DNA of 61,460 bases, counting the filler, from Bdellovibrionota bacterium (lineage in GTDB: Bacteria; Bdellovibrionota; Bdellovibrionia; Bdellovibrionales; JAEYZS01), in assembly GCA_963169515.1 (NCBI GenBank). It is 4 parts of 4 records of this genome, joined end to end, with 100 filler letters (N's around TTAATTAATTAA, not from the genome) between each part and the next. Parts side by side here need not be neighbours in the genome. Positions count along the whole stretch, not along the records: positions 36,012 to 55,110 come from CAUJEF010000030.1; positions 55,211 to 61,460 come from CAUJEF010000035.1; 2 more parts are not named here. One strand, given 5' to 3'. The translations under genes were made by a program, and so were the position numbers. Shown here one piece after another: positions 50,416 through 59,421 of the stretch. The stretch's first letter is position 1. Every line of letters begins with the position of its first letter. Under the pieces are notes generated by a model. The model searched no databases. It was not told the DNA's origin and worked only from the letters and a program-made list of their open reading frames with translations.

Positions 50416-52269
50416 ATGAAATCTGATGATTTTGTTGGTTCTCAGAGGAGCTCTTTCATGAAGCTTTTTTCGATCACAGTTGCGGCAGTTGGTCTTTTTG
50501 TAAGTCAAGCGGATGCTCAATATATAAACGCAGGTGCCTACGCATCGATGGGAATGTACAATGCCTTTCCGGGTTGCGGCTATCAAACAAACACGATGAA
50601 TGTTTACGGATACAAGCAAGAGGTACTGGAACTTGATAGACAAATCAAAGAAGTAAAAAAAGAAATTAGTAAGCTTGGAACGACGAATGATGATGACGAC
50701 ACAAGCGGTGACTATGTTACTCATTTTAAAGCCAATGTGGAGGAATTCCTTAAAGACACCGCTGCTGATGATTGTAGTGCGTTTATTAAGGTTGTAAATG
50801 AGACTTGTAATGCCCAAGGAATAATTGTCACAGCAACTACGGAAGTTGCGCAAAATCCACCACAACAGCCAACGTGTCCTAACGCAAATTATGGTGACCC
50901 ATCTAGGTTTTGTAAGGGCGGTAAAAAAGTCAATCTTGCAAAAATGTGTACGGACCTTGATTTGTACGATCCATCCCCAGGAAGGAAGGATTGGATTGAA
51001 AACTGTAAGGATTTTGTGGAACAGCTGGCAGAGCTGAACAATGATCTCAAAGAACTAGAGGCTGATCGAAGGGAAGCGCAAAAAGATTACGTTGAAGCAA
51101 AGCGTGAGGAAAATGAGGAAAAGCGTGAACGTAATCGCGCTCGCCGTCGTGGTGAAGTATATGTCGAAGGCGGCTGTGCAACTTGCGGAATGGGTCGTCG
51201 TCGAGAATCAAAAACGGATTGGGGCGCCGTTGGTGTTGGCGCGGTCATGGATATCGGGATGGCTCTTTTGAATAGAAATAACATAAGACGTATTTCTGAT
51301 AATAACGCTGAACTTGGATTTGCTACCAGCCCGTACGCAGCGTTTGGTTACGGTTATCCGTATGCAACAGCGGCTGCATTGTATGGTGGACGTGGCGGAT
51401 ACTACGGCGGCGTTTATGGTGGGCTTGGTGGCGGAGCATTTGGTTGTGCTGGAACGATGGGATATCCATCGCCGTTCGGCCCCATGGGAATGGGCGGAAG
51501 CCCGTACGGGATGATGTATAACCCCTATGGACAAATGGGTGGAATGTTCGGTTATCCGGGCGGACCTGGTTATCCAGGATTTAATCCATATTTAGCAGGC
51601 GGAATGATGACCCCGGGATTATTTCCGGGAGCAGGTGGAATTGGCGTTGGTGCAGGAATTTACGCTGGCCTTGGCGGACCATTCGGCATGGGAATGGGCG
51701 GACCATTTGGTGGAATGATGGGAATGCCTGGTATGGGCGGTTATGGTATGGGCGGTTATGGTATGGGCGGCTACGGCATGGGTGGGCCATTCGATGCTTA
51801 TGGTGGACTCATGGGTGGGGTTGGCATGGGTGGCGGAATTTTTGGACCCGGTGGCATGGGAATGGGTGGAATGGGCGGACCGTTTGGTGGCATGGGCGGT
51901 ATGATGTGTATCACGGCACCATGTCCTGGCGGAATGGGTATGGGCGGAATTTTTGGTCCCGGTGGTTATGGTGGTATGGGTGGTATGGGCGGTATGGGTG
52001 GAATGATGGGTGGCGGACAATATCAAATGCAATTTATGCAGATGTATATGGAAATGCAGCAACGTGAAATGCAAAACCAAATGGGTCGATGGCAATCTTA
52101 TCAGTCTTTACAACAAGAAATGATGATCCTTCAGCAGCGTATGTATCAGGTTTTATACGGCGGTTCACTCGGAATTGGCGGTGGCGGTTTTCTTGGTGGC
52201 GGAAACTTTGGCGGGAATAGCCAAGTTCCTATTGGAAACCCTGGAAACCCTTCTGGCGGTGGCCGATAA
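50416..52269 (+). CDS. Secreted coiled-coil and Gly/Met-rich low-complexity protein
   Basis: 617 aa; signal-like segment ending ADA; Cys-containing region, charged coiled coil, long GMGG/GYG repeats, Q/M-rich helix; alternative start 50458. Confidence 0.85.
   Translation: MKSDDFVGSQRSSFMKLFSITVAAVGLFVSQADAQYINAGAYASMGMYNAFPGCGYQTNTMNVYGYKQEVLELDRQIKEVKKEISKLGTTNDDDDTSGDYVTHFKANVEEFLKDTAADDCSAFIKVVNETCNAQGIIVTATTEVAQNPPQQPTCPNANYGDPSRFCKGGKKVNLAKMCTDLDLYDPSPGRKDWIENCKDFVEQLAELNNDLKELEADRREAQKDYVEAKREENEEKRERNRARRRGEVYVEGGCATCGMGRRRESKTDWGAVGVGAVMDIGMALLNRNNIRRISDNNAELGFATSPYAAFGYGYPYATAAALYGGRGGYYGGVYGGLGGGAFGCAGTMGYPSPFGPMGMGGSPYGMMYNPYGQMGGMFGYPGGPGYPGFNPYLAGGMMTPGLFPGAGGIGVGAGIYAGLGGPFGMGMGGPFGGMMGMPGMGGYGMGGYGMGGYGMGGPFDAYGGLMGGVGMGGGIFGPGGMGMGGMGGPFGGMGGMMCITAPCPGGMGMGGIFGPGGYGGMGGMGGMGGMMGGGQYQMQFMQMYMEMQQREMQNQMGRWQSYQSLQQEMMILQQRMYQVLYGGSLGIGGGGFLGGGNFGGNSQVPIGNPGNPSGGGR
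51730..51786 (+). repeat. 15-nt coding tandem repeat (GMGGY)x3 plus a partial unit
   Basis: GGTATGGGCGGTTAT x2, GGTATGGGCGGCTAC, GGCATGGGTGGG. Confidence 0.9.
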
Positions 52270-52287
52270 TTTTCGGCCTTGTTGTCT
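52261..52287 (+). terminator. Possible intrinsic terminator overlapping the stop codon
   Basis: GGCCGA-TAATTT-TCGGCC stem followed by TTGTTGTCT. Confidence 0.45.
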
Positions 52288-52317
52288 AATCTGAAATCTT
52301 AAGCTAGTAATCCAATC

Positions 52318-53634
52318 ATGATTTTAAAAAATCCTTACGACAGCCACGTTCATTGGCTTTGGACCGGAGAAATGCAATCTGTTTTGTCTCTACATTCGCT
52401 CGAAGCTGTGGAGGATCTAAAAACCTTATCAGTTCATAAAGACCACTATCGCGGCGAATGGCTTTTTGGATTTGGATGGGATCAAAACAAGTTTTCAAAT
52501 AAAAAATTTCCAACGAACGCCGACCTAGATGAAGTATTTCCAGATATTCCAGTTCTATTTACTCGCGCGGATGGTCACGCTATTTGGGTTAACTCTGTGG
52601 GGCTGCAACGTGCGAACATTTTTGCATCGACTGTGTCAGTGCCTGGTGGCGAAATTATTAAAGACCCGAATGGAAATCCGACGGGAATTCTAATCGATCT
52701 TGCTTGTGAGATGGTTCAAAAGTATTTGCCCAAGCCTGGGCCATCGGAAATCGAAAATTATTTGATTAAGGGAATGGAGCTTTTTAATCAATCCGGGATT
52801 ACTCATATTCGGGATTTAAGCTGCGACGAGCGCCAATGGAATGTTGAAGAAAGCCTCGACCGTAATGGCCGTATGACCGTGGCTGTTGAGCAGTTTTTTG
52901 ATGCATTTCAACCTACACAATTTTCAGAAGCCTTGCGTTTAGCAAAGTTTGCGCGCGATCAGAAATCAAAGAATATTCGTGTCAAAGGGATTAAAGTTTT
53001 TTACGACGGTGCAATTGGTTCTGAGGGCGCTTTTCTGAGCCAGCCTTATTTGACTCGACCACATCATTCGGGATTAAAGCTCTTAGATCAAAAAATTTTA
53101 AAAGAAATGATAATAGAGACTTGGAAAAATAAATTCGAAATAGCGATCCACGTTATTGGTGATCAAGCCGCTGAGGATGTGGTCAAGTCTGTCACCGAAT
53201 TAAAAAAACAAGGTCACGTTGGAAAATTAAACTTGGAACATGGGGAGCTGCTAAATACGGAAACGATTCATTTGATGAAGGCCTTGGATGTTTCCTGCCA
53301 TATCCAGCCATCACATTGGTTAACCGACAAGCATTGGTTAAGTCAAAAAATTGGAGATTTGTCTCGGTTGGCATTTCCATGGAGAAAACTTGAAGAAGAA
53401 AATATTCAATTTGATTTCGGTAGTGATAGCCCAATTGAAATGCCCAATTTCCTTAGAACCATTGAGGCTATAAACGATGCGGAAGAAAATAATATCCCTC
53501 GTCCACAAAAAGAGGTGTTGAGTTACCACCAACATCCAGACTGCGATTGGGTTAAAAATTGTTATTGTGTTATCGAAGACGGTATTGTGAAAGAAACTAT
53601 TTTCGGTGGCAAAATAATCAGTAATAAGGGGTAG
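52318..53634 (+). CDS. Amidohydrolase family protein (YtcJ-like)
   Basis: DSHVH, DGHAIWVNS, KVFYDG, HVIGD, EH, GSDSP. Confidence 0.9.
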   Translation: MILKNPYDSHVHWLWTGEMQSVLSLHSLEAVEDLKTLSVHKDHYRGEWLFGFGWDQNKFSNKKFPTNADLDEVFPDIPVLFTRADGHAIWVNSVGLQRANIFASTVSVPGGEIIKDPNGNPTGILIDLACEMVQKYLPKPGPSEIENYLIKGMELFNQSGITHIRDLSCDERQWNVEESLDRNGRMTVAVEQFFDAFQPTQFSEALRLAKFARDQKSKNIRVKGIKVFYDGAIGSEGAFLSQPYLTRPHHSGLKLLDQKILKEMIIETWKNKFEIAIHVIGDQAAEDVVKSVTELKKQGHVGKLNLEHGELLNTETIHLMKALDVSCHIQPSHWLTDKHWLSQKIGDLSRLAFPWRKLEEENIQFDFGSDSPIEMPNFLRTIEAINDAEENNIPRPQKEVLSYHQHPDCDWVKNCYCVIEDGIVKETIFGGKIISNKG

Positions 53635-53638
53635 GCTG

Positions 53639-53744
53639 CCGAGGCCCCGATCAACCCCTTGGGTTTTAACTAAAGAATTTAGAGTTCCAAGCCCGCCCTA
53701 GGACTACCTCAGTATTTCATAAAGAAAATAAACCAACTTCCCAA
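53639..53744 (+). repeat. 106-bp direct repeat, copy 1
   Basis: Identical to 55004-55109. Confidence 0.97.
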
Positions 53745-53844
53745 AGAGAACGAACAAACGTACAACACTCCAAAGGCCGTTAAGTTTATGGAGAATCTTC
53801 CGATCATTAACGTAACAAAGCTTGGGTGCTTTTCTACGTTTCAT
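53704..53844 (-). CDS. 46-aa cationic amphipathic peptide, candidate type I toxin
   Basis: AGGAGG SD 4 nt upstream of ATG; MKRRKAPKLCYVNDRKILHKLNGLWSVVRLFVLFGKLVYFLYEILR; 3' end duplicated. Confidence 0.7.
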   Translation of the reverse strand: MKRRKAPKLCYVNDRKILHKLNGLWSVVRLFVLFGKLVYFLYEILR

Positions 53845-53848
53845 ATCG

Positions 53849-53921
53849 CCTCCTGTCTCCAAGGAGGACCTACCATAGTCCGAAGTCAATCGAGCCCCGG
53901 CACTATGGTAGTTGCAGTGTA
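53849..53921 (-). promoter_or_regulatory. Structured 5' UTR: -10 box, leader hairpin and SD-sequestering hairpin
   Basis: TACACT at 53921-53916; CUACCAUAGU/ACUAUGGUAG stem (53911-53870); CCUCCU/AGGAGG stem (53867-53849). Confidence 0.7.
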
Positions 53922-54209
53922 TAGATGCCATTCAAATGGATTTTAAATTTATCTCGAGAATGCTACGTCCGAAATACGGACATTCAAGCCTATCATGGAG
54001 ACGAAAGGCTGCGTTATAAAGTCAGTGTATTTGGGTTGCTGTTGGGAATAAAAGCCATCCTTTTTTCAGAAATTCAGAGTTGTTAAAAAGTTTGACGTTG
54101 AAGCTTTAGACAACTCTATCATGCTTACAACCAATATTTACAAATAATTTTTGATCGAGTACAACTCAGGAAACAGGAAAGGCCCTGTGGATCTAAAAAG
54201 GAATTTTAT

Positions 54210-54866
54210 ATGAAGCCTTGCTTTTCAAAAATGATATTTGTGATCGCTGCATTGATTATTACTGAGGATTTCGCCCAAGCTAATCAAATAAAAATTACCG
54301 ATAAGACATGTGACCTTTTTGTTTTCGCAGAGGTTAGCGGGCTTGCGTACAGTCAAGTATTGCGGGTGGATACCCAACCTGGTCAGCTGCTTCCGCAAAC
54401 TATTGATTATGGCGACGATCGTCAGACTATTGCAACTGCCCAACAAATTTTGCCGATACTCAGCCAAAAAGGCTATAACGTCTTAGCGAATTCATCTGCC
54501 AGACGAGATAAAGGTTACGACCCCGAGTTCAAAGAAAAGCTTATCGCCAGTGACGATTTTTTATTCTTATATTTCATGGATGCTATTGGCTATCCTCCAT
54601 CATCTGGCGAAAGCTTTCTCGGCTTCGGCGGGGGCACACCGGGCCATGTTGTCGAAATGGGAATTGTGCGCGTTCAGCATAAAGCCGGACAAGGTCCATG
54701 GAACGAATACCCGGGTTACACTTTTGTGGTCGGCGAGGCCAATAAAACATTAGCCAAATTATGCAATCAAAGGGGCGGTAGTTATAAAATGAAAGAGTGC
54801 CGATTCCCTTCCTCTGATCTTGTAGAAATGGCTAAGGCTTTGCCCGCTTGTCGCTTATCCAATTAA
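54210..54866 (+). CDS. Hypothetical secreted protein between the direct repeats
   Basis: AAGGAA RBS, signal peptide ending AQA, 218 aa. Confidence 0.75.
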   Translation: MKPCFSKMIFVIAALIITEDFAQANQIKITDKTCDLFVFAEVSGLAYSQVLRVDTQPGQLLPQTIDYGDDRQTIATAQQILPILSQKGYNVLANSSARRDKGYDPEFKEKLIASDDFLFLYFMDAIGYPPSSGESFLGFGGGTPGHVVEMGIVRVQHKAGQGPWNEYPGYTFVVGEANKTLAKLCNQRGGSYKMKECRFPSSDLVEMAKALPACRLSN

Positions 54867-55003
54867 ACCCCGAGCGTCGATCAACAATAAGGTCAGTAAT
54901 TTTTTGCAAAGATTTACTGGCCTGATCGGGCATGCGGTGGAGTAAAGCCATCATTCCTCTAAAGTCCTAATCATTATTAAGGCAGAAGAATTTTTTAAAA
55001 GCA

Positions 55004-55109
55004 CCGAGGCCCCGATCAACCCCTTGGGTTTTAACTAAAGAATTTAGAGTTCCAAGCCCGCCCTAGGACTACCTCAGTATTTCATAAAGAAAATAAACCA
55101 ACTTCCCAA
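55004..55109 (+). repeat. 106-bp direct repeat, copy 2 (cut by contig end); contains the 3' end of a second peptide ORF
   Basis: Identical to 53639-53744; minus strand encodes ...GKLVYFLYEILR* with the stop at 55069-55071. Confidence 0.97.
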
Positions 55110-55110
55110 G

Positions 55111-55210
55111 NNNNNNNNNNNNNNNNNNNNNNNNNNNNNNNNNNNNNNNNNNNNTTAATTAATTAANNNNNNNNNNNNNNNNNNNNNNNNNNNNNNNNNN
55201 NNNNNNNNNN
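55111..55210. other. Artificial contig linker
   Basis: N-run with TTAATTAATTAA. Confidence 0.99.
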
Positions 55211-55515
55211 GCCCACATTCCGATTTGAGCAGGCCATTTTGAAACCATAAGTATTGCAAGTGCGTAGCGAAAAGCTTGGTGCCAATAGTTATCGCCACTA
55301 ATTCCTTTTGTATATATCCAGACAAAAGACCAGGAAAAGATAAAATTTCCAAACCATGCAACCCACATCCATTTTTGCATTTCATCTTCCGGCTTCCAAA
55401 ACTGCGCTGTAGATTGGTACAGACCACCTAACCACCATCCATGCAGAACCCAGTCTGTGACAAACATCACAAGCCAAACTGCGATGACAGAAAACCAAAA
55501 TTTCTTATTTTGCAT
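55211..55515 (-). CDS. Hypothetical Trp-rich membrane protein (3' truncated)
   Basis: GGAGGA RBS, ATG 55515, several hydrophobic helices. Confidence 0.75.
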
Positions 55516-55696
55516 ATACAAATCCTCCGTTGATTTTATTTTGAGGCCCTTCCTTTGGACCCATACCGAGAAGTGTATTAAAGAATGTGCAAATGGCAAG
55601 CCAATAAATCAGTTCAGTTTAGAAATTGCGAAATCATCGCGACTCTTTTTAATTTTTTCTGGTATAACATGATATGGCAGATGTAGTATACAGGCC

Positions 55697-56293
55697 ATGA
55701 ATACTACCGACTTAAAAAGCAGGTTTATCACATCTTTGAAAGCGACTATTAGCCTGCGTGAAAAAATGATGAGCAATGAAACATTTATCGAGAATGTTTT
55801 AAAAACTGTTGAACATATTCTAACCGCATACAAAAGCGATAAAAAAGTTTTGTTTGCAGGCAACGGTGGAAGCGCCGCCGATGCGCAACACCTGGCGGCC
55901 GAGCTTGTTGGTCGTTTCTATTATGATCGGCCACCCTTATATGCCGAAGCTCTGACGGCAAATACGAGTGATCTAACTTGCGTGGGGAACGACTATGGAT
56001 ATGACCATGTCTTTTCACGCGGAATAGAAGCAAAAGGCCGCACAGGCGACATCTTCTTTGCAATTTCTACCTCTGGAAACTCTGCAAATATTGTAAAGGC
56101 AGCTGAAGCCGCAAAGAAGAAGAAAATGACTGTGATTGCTTTGACCGGAGAAACCGGCGGCCGATTGTCTGAATATGCAGATGTTTTATTAAATATTCCA
56201 TCAAAGGACACGGCCAGAATTCAAGAATGTCACATCACCCTTGGTCACTTGATTTGCGAATTTGTTGAAAGCGAATTGTTCCCTAAGAAATAA
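55697..56293 (+). CDS. gmhA: D-sedoheptulose 7-phosphate isomerase
   Basis: GNGGSAADAQH, NDYGY, STSGNS, RIQECH. Confidence 0.97.
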   Translation: MNTTDLKSRFITSLKATISLREKMMSNETFIENVLKTVEHILTAYKSDKKVLFAGNGGSAADAQHLAAELVGRFYYDRPPLYAEALTANTSDLTCVGNDYGYDHVFSRGIEAKGRTGDIFFAISTSGNSANIVKAAEAAKKKKMTVIALTGETGGRLSEYADVLLNIPSKDTARIQECHITLGHLICEFVESELFPKK

Positions 56294-56297
56294 TTTT

Positions 56298-58220
56298 TCA
56301 ACTAAGACTTTTGCTCTGGAGCTCGGCTGCTATTTGCGGCGATAAAATTATTTGATTTGAAACAAGCTGTCTCAATATATCTAGTGCTGTTGAGTCAGAT
56401 TCTTGCGAGAACTGAATTAAATTATCAATCGTTGTCCAGAATGAAGATACGTCCCGCAAAATATTTTCCAGCGCATGATCACCAAGCGGAAGCGTTAAAA
56501 TGTCTGGATGTTCCGTACGAAGCTCGTCCCCACGTATATAAAGCTCTTCATACAATTTTTCGCCAGGTCTTGGGCCAATAAATGTAATTGAAACTTCTTC
56601 TTCGGTCTTTCCACTAAGGACAATCAAGTTTTTTGCTATATCAACAATCTTCACCGGATCGCCCATTTTAAGCACATTAATATCGCCCGGCTTTGACAAT
56701 GTACACCCAGTCAAAACCAAAGACACGGCTTCTGGAATAAGCATAAAAAATCTGGTCATGTCAGGGTGGGTAACCGTGACGGGCCCCCCTTCGGCGATTT
56801 GCTTTTGCAAGATTGGAATCAGGCTACCGCTGCTTCCCAATACATTGCCGAAACGAACCGAGCAATAATTCTTTCGTGTAGCCAGCGCATAGGCCGTAAC
56901 CATAAGCTCACACACACGTTTTGTGGATCCCATAACGCCGACTGGGTTCACAGCCTTGTCGCTTGAAATCAGAAGAAAATTTGAACCGTCAAACTCACTA
57001 GAGAGCTGCAAGAGATTTCGTGTGCCAAGCACATTGTTAATAATCGCAGAATACGGACTTGCTTCGACCAGGTGGACGTGTTTATAGGCTGCCGCGTGTA
57101 TGACGACTTCGGGTTCGTGTGAATCAAAAACTTGCTTCAATATTTCTTGATCCGTAATGTTCGCCAAAACAGGAACTATTGCGCTCGATGAGCTAAGGGC
57201 TCTCAGTTCTTGATCGATTTGAAACAAGTTGTATTCGCTATGGTCCAAGAGGATTAGTTTTGCTGGATCAAATCCATAAATCTGACGTGCCAGCTCAGAG
57301 CCAATAGACCCGCCCGCACCCGTAACCAATACCCTTTTCCCCTGAAAATGCTTCCGAATTGGCTCTGAGCTTATTTCTTTGTGCGGCCTATTGAGCAAAT
57401 CTGAAAGCTCAACAGAGCGTGCGATTTCTACCGCTCTGCGAGTGGCTTCATCACCCGTTGTGAATTTGGAAACAATTCGCGGTCGAATACTGTGTCTGCC
57501 ACAGATTGTAATGATTTCTCTCATGGCATCGCCGCTTAAATTTGGGATAGCAATCACAAGCTGGCGGATTTTTAAAACTCCGATCGCTTGTTCCAAATCC
57601 TTTCGTGTTCCGAGCACTTTAAGCCCCAATACAAAATTTCCAACTTTGGCATCATCATCATCTATGAACCCCATGATATGACAGTTCAGCGATACATCGA
57701 TTGAAAATCTCTGTGCCAAAACCTTCCCGTTTTGGCCAGCACCATAGATCAGTGTTGGAATCCCTGTTTTGTTAATTGAACGAGTTTGTTTGGATTCGCT
57801 TAGTAGACGCGCAATCAAACGAATTCCAAAAAGCAAAATTAAGCTAACGGCCCAATCAATCAGGTAAACTGATCGTGGAAGACGAATTAAGTCGCCAACA
57901 AGAAACGTCGATGCCAATACTAGGCCTGTCGATAGTGAATTAGCCTTAACAAGAGCTATGGTGTCTCGAGCGGAAAAAAATTTCCAAATTGTTCGGTAAA
58001 TTCTAAAAAAATAGAAAACGCCGATCTTGATTACAAGAAAAACTGGGAGCGCATACGGCAGGCTTGTGCTGAAACGGACAAACTCTTCCCCGCTCACTCG
58101 CAAGGCGAGACTTAGGAAAAGACACACCACAAATATGCAACTATCTACAAAAATCCCACTTACATTGAACACAGGATGACCCACCCTATTTTTAATTCTA
58201 ACCCTTGTTATCCGTAACAA
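56298..58220 (-). CDS. Nucleoside-diphosphate-sugar 4,6-dehydratase (CapD/PglF/WbpM type)
   Basis: N-terminal TMs, YGAG, TGAGGSIGSEL, HAAAYKHV, SDKAV, RFGNVLGSSGS; start uncertain. Confidence 0.93.
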   Translation of the reverse strand: MLRITRVRIKNRVGHPVFNVSGIFVDSCIFVVCLFLSLALRVSGEEFVRFSTSLPYALPVFLVIKIGVFYFFRIYRTIWKFFSARDTIALVKANSLSTGLVLASTFLVGDLIRLPRSVYLIDWAVSLILLFGIRLIARLLSESKQTRSINKTGIPTLIYGAGQNGKVLAQRFSIDVSLNCHIMGFIDDDDAKVGNFVLGLKVLGTRKDLEQAIGVLKIRQLVIAIPNLSGDAMREIITICGRHSIRPRIVSKFTTGDEATRRAVEIARSVELSDLLNRPHKEISSEPIRKHFQGKRVLVTGAGGSIGSELARQIYGFDPAKLILLDHSEYNLFQIDQELRALSSSSAIVPVLANITDQEILKQVFDSHEPEVVIHAAAYKHVHLVEASPYSAIINNVLGTRNLLQLSSEFDGSNFLLISSDKAVNPVGVMGSTKRVCELMVTAYALATRKNYCSVRFGNVLGSSGSLIPILQKQIAEGGPVTVTHPDMTRFFMLIPEAVSLVLTGCTLSKPGDINVLKMGDPVKIVDIAKNLIVLSGKTEEEVSITFIGPRPGEKLYEELYIRGDELRTEHPDILTLPLGDHALENILRDVSSFWTTIDNLIQFSQESDSTALDILRQLVSNQIILSPQIAAELQSKSLS

Positions 58221-58281
58221 TTCGACGACTTAAAATCAAACCAAAAATAGAACCAGCCTACAACATAAAATAATAATAAAG

Positions 58282-59343
58282 CTATAATGTTTTAGCTAAG
58301 ATATCTAAAATGCGCTCTGCCGCCCTACCGTCCCCAAAGGGAGATTCCCATTGGTCATATTCTGCCCTCGCCAACTCCGATTTAATCAAGTTTAAATCGT
58401 TGCCTACTATAACGTTTGCGCCGACCGTAACTGTTTCTGGGCGCTCGGTATTTTCACGAATCGTTATACAGGGTACACCCAAAATACACGCTTCTTCTTG
58501 AACCCCACCGGAATCCGTTAAAACTTTGCTTGCATTTGAAATTAATTGTAGAAAATCTACGTAACCAACAGGTTCTCCCAAAATTACGTTGGATGGCAGT
58601 CTAACATCAAACTTTTCTAGATTAATTTTTGTACGATAATGCACCGGCCAAAAAACTCGATTTTTTACCAGCGCTAAAATCTCGGATATTTTTTTCAGTT
58701 CTTCCCCCGAATCCACATTCTGCGGCCTATGGCAGGTAAATAATACATACTTCTTAGGCTCTAGATTAATTTTGGACAAAATACCACTTTGCGCTTTTGC
58801 CATACTAATATTTTTTTTGACTGCATCTGCGATGGTATTCCCAACTTTGAAGATTTTATTATTTTTTATTCCCTCATTTCTTAAAATCTGAACTTGCACA
58901 TCGGTCACGGCAAATAGGAAATCAGACACATGGTCCGCCACAATACGATTAGTTTCCTCCGGCATATCGCGATCATAGGAACGCAAACCAGCTTCAATAT
59001 GTCCAACCCTGATCCCCATTTTTGTAGCCGCCAAAGCTCCCGCCAATACCGTATTTGTATCACCCTGAACCAAAAGTATATTAGGGCTTTCTTTTTGAAG
59101 AACGGGCTCAAGGCCCGACAAAATAGATGCCGTCTGTATATTATGTGAAGATGAACCCACATTCAAATTGTAGTGTGGCCGGGGAAGATTCAATTCATTA
59201 AAAAAAATTACATCTAGTTTTTCAGAATAATGTTGATTAGAATGAATGAGGATAAAATCGATATTTCGTTTTTTACATTCATCGATTATAGGAGACATTT
59301 TAATAATCTCTGGCCGCGTTCCGACCAAAATCGCAATTTTCAT
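58282..59343 (-). CDS. wecB: UDP-N-acetylglucosamine 2-epimerase (non-hydrolysing)
   Basis: GTRPEIIK, QGDT, HIEAGLRS, PEETNR, TDSGGVQEEA. Confidence 0.95.
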   Translation of the reverse strand: MKIAILVGTRPEIIKMSPIIDECKKRNIDFILIHSNQHYSEKLDVIFFNELNLPRPHYNLNVGSSSHNIQTASILSGLEPVLQKESPNILLVQGDTNTVLAGALAATKMGIRVGHIEAGLRSYDRDMPEETNRIVADHVSDFLFAVTDVQVQILRNEGIKNNKIFKVGNTIADAVKKNISMAKAQSGILSKINLEPKKYVLFTCHRPQNVDSGEELKKISEILALVKNRVFWPVHYRTKINLEKFDVRLPSNVILGEPVGYVDFLQLISNASKVLTDSGGVQEEACILGVPCITIRENTERPETVTVGANVIVGNDLNLIKSELARAEYDQWESPFGDGRAAERILDILAKTL

Positions 59344-59421
59344 ATTATTTCGTAATCTACCCTGCCAAAAGTATTAATGACAGCCATGAAATGATGCAAC
59401 AAACCAGTTGTTGCTGTGAGA

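Noticed and set aside
51619..52095. His/Thr/Ala-rich minus-strand ORF
   Set aside because: Antisense shadow of the Gly/Met codon repeats
53845..53931. 75-aa extended version of the peptide ORF starting at 53931
   Set aside because: That ATG lies upstream of the predicted -10 box and lacks an SD; ATG 53844 has a perfect AGGAGG
54046..54966. Short similarity AAAGCCATC near 54051 and 54945
   Set aside because: Too short and degenerate to distinguish from chance
53639..55110. Repeats as a CRISPR array, integron attC sites or IS ends
   Set aside because: Only two long copies 1.3 kb apart, no cas, integrase or transposase, no convincing attC core sites, and the repeat includes coding sequence
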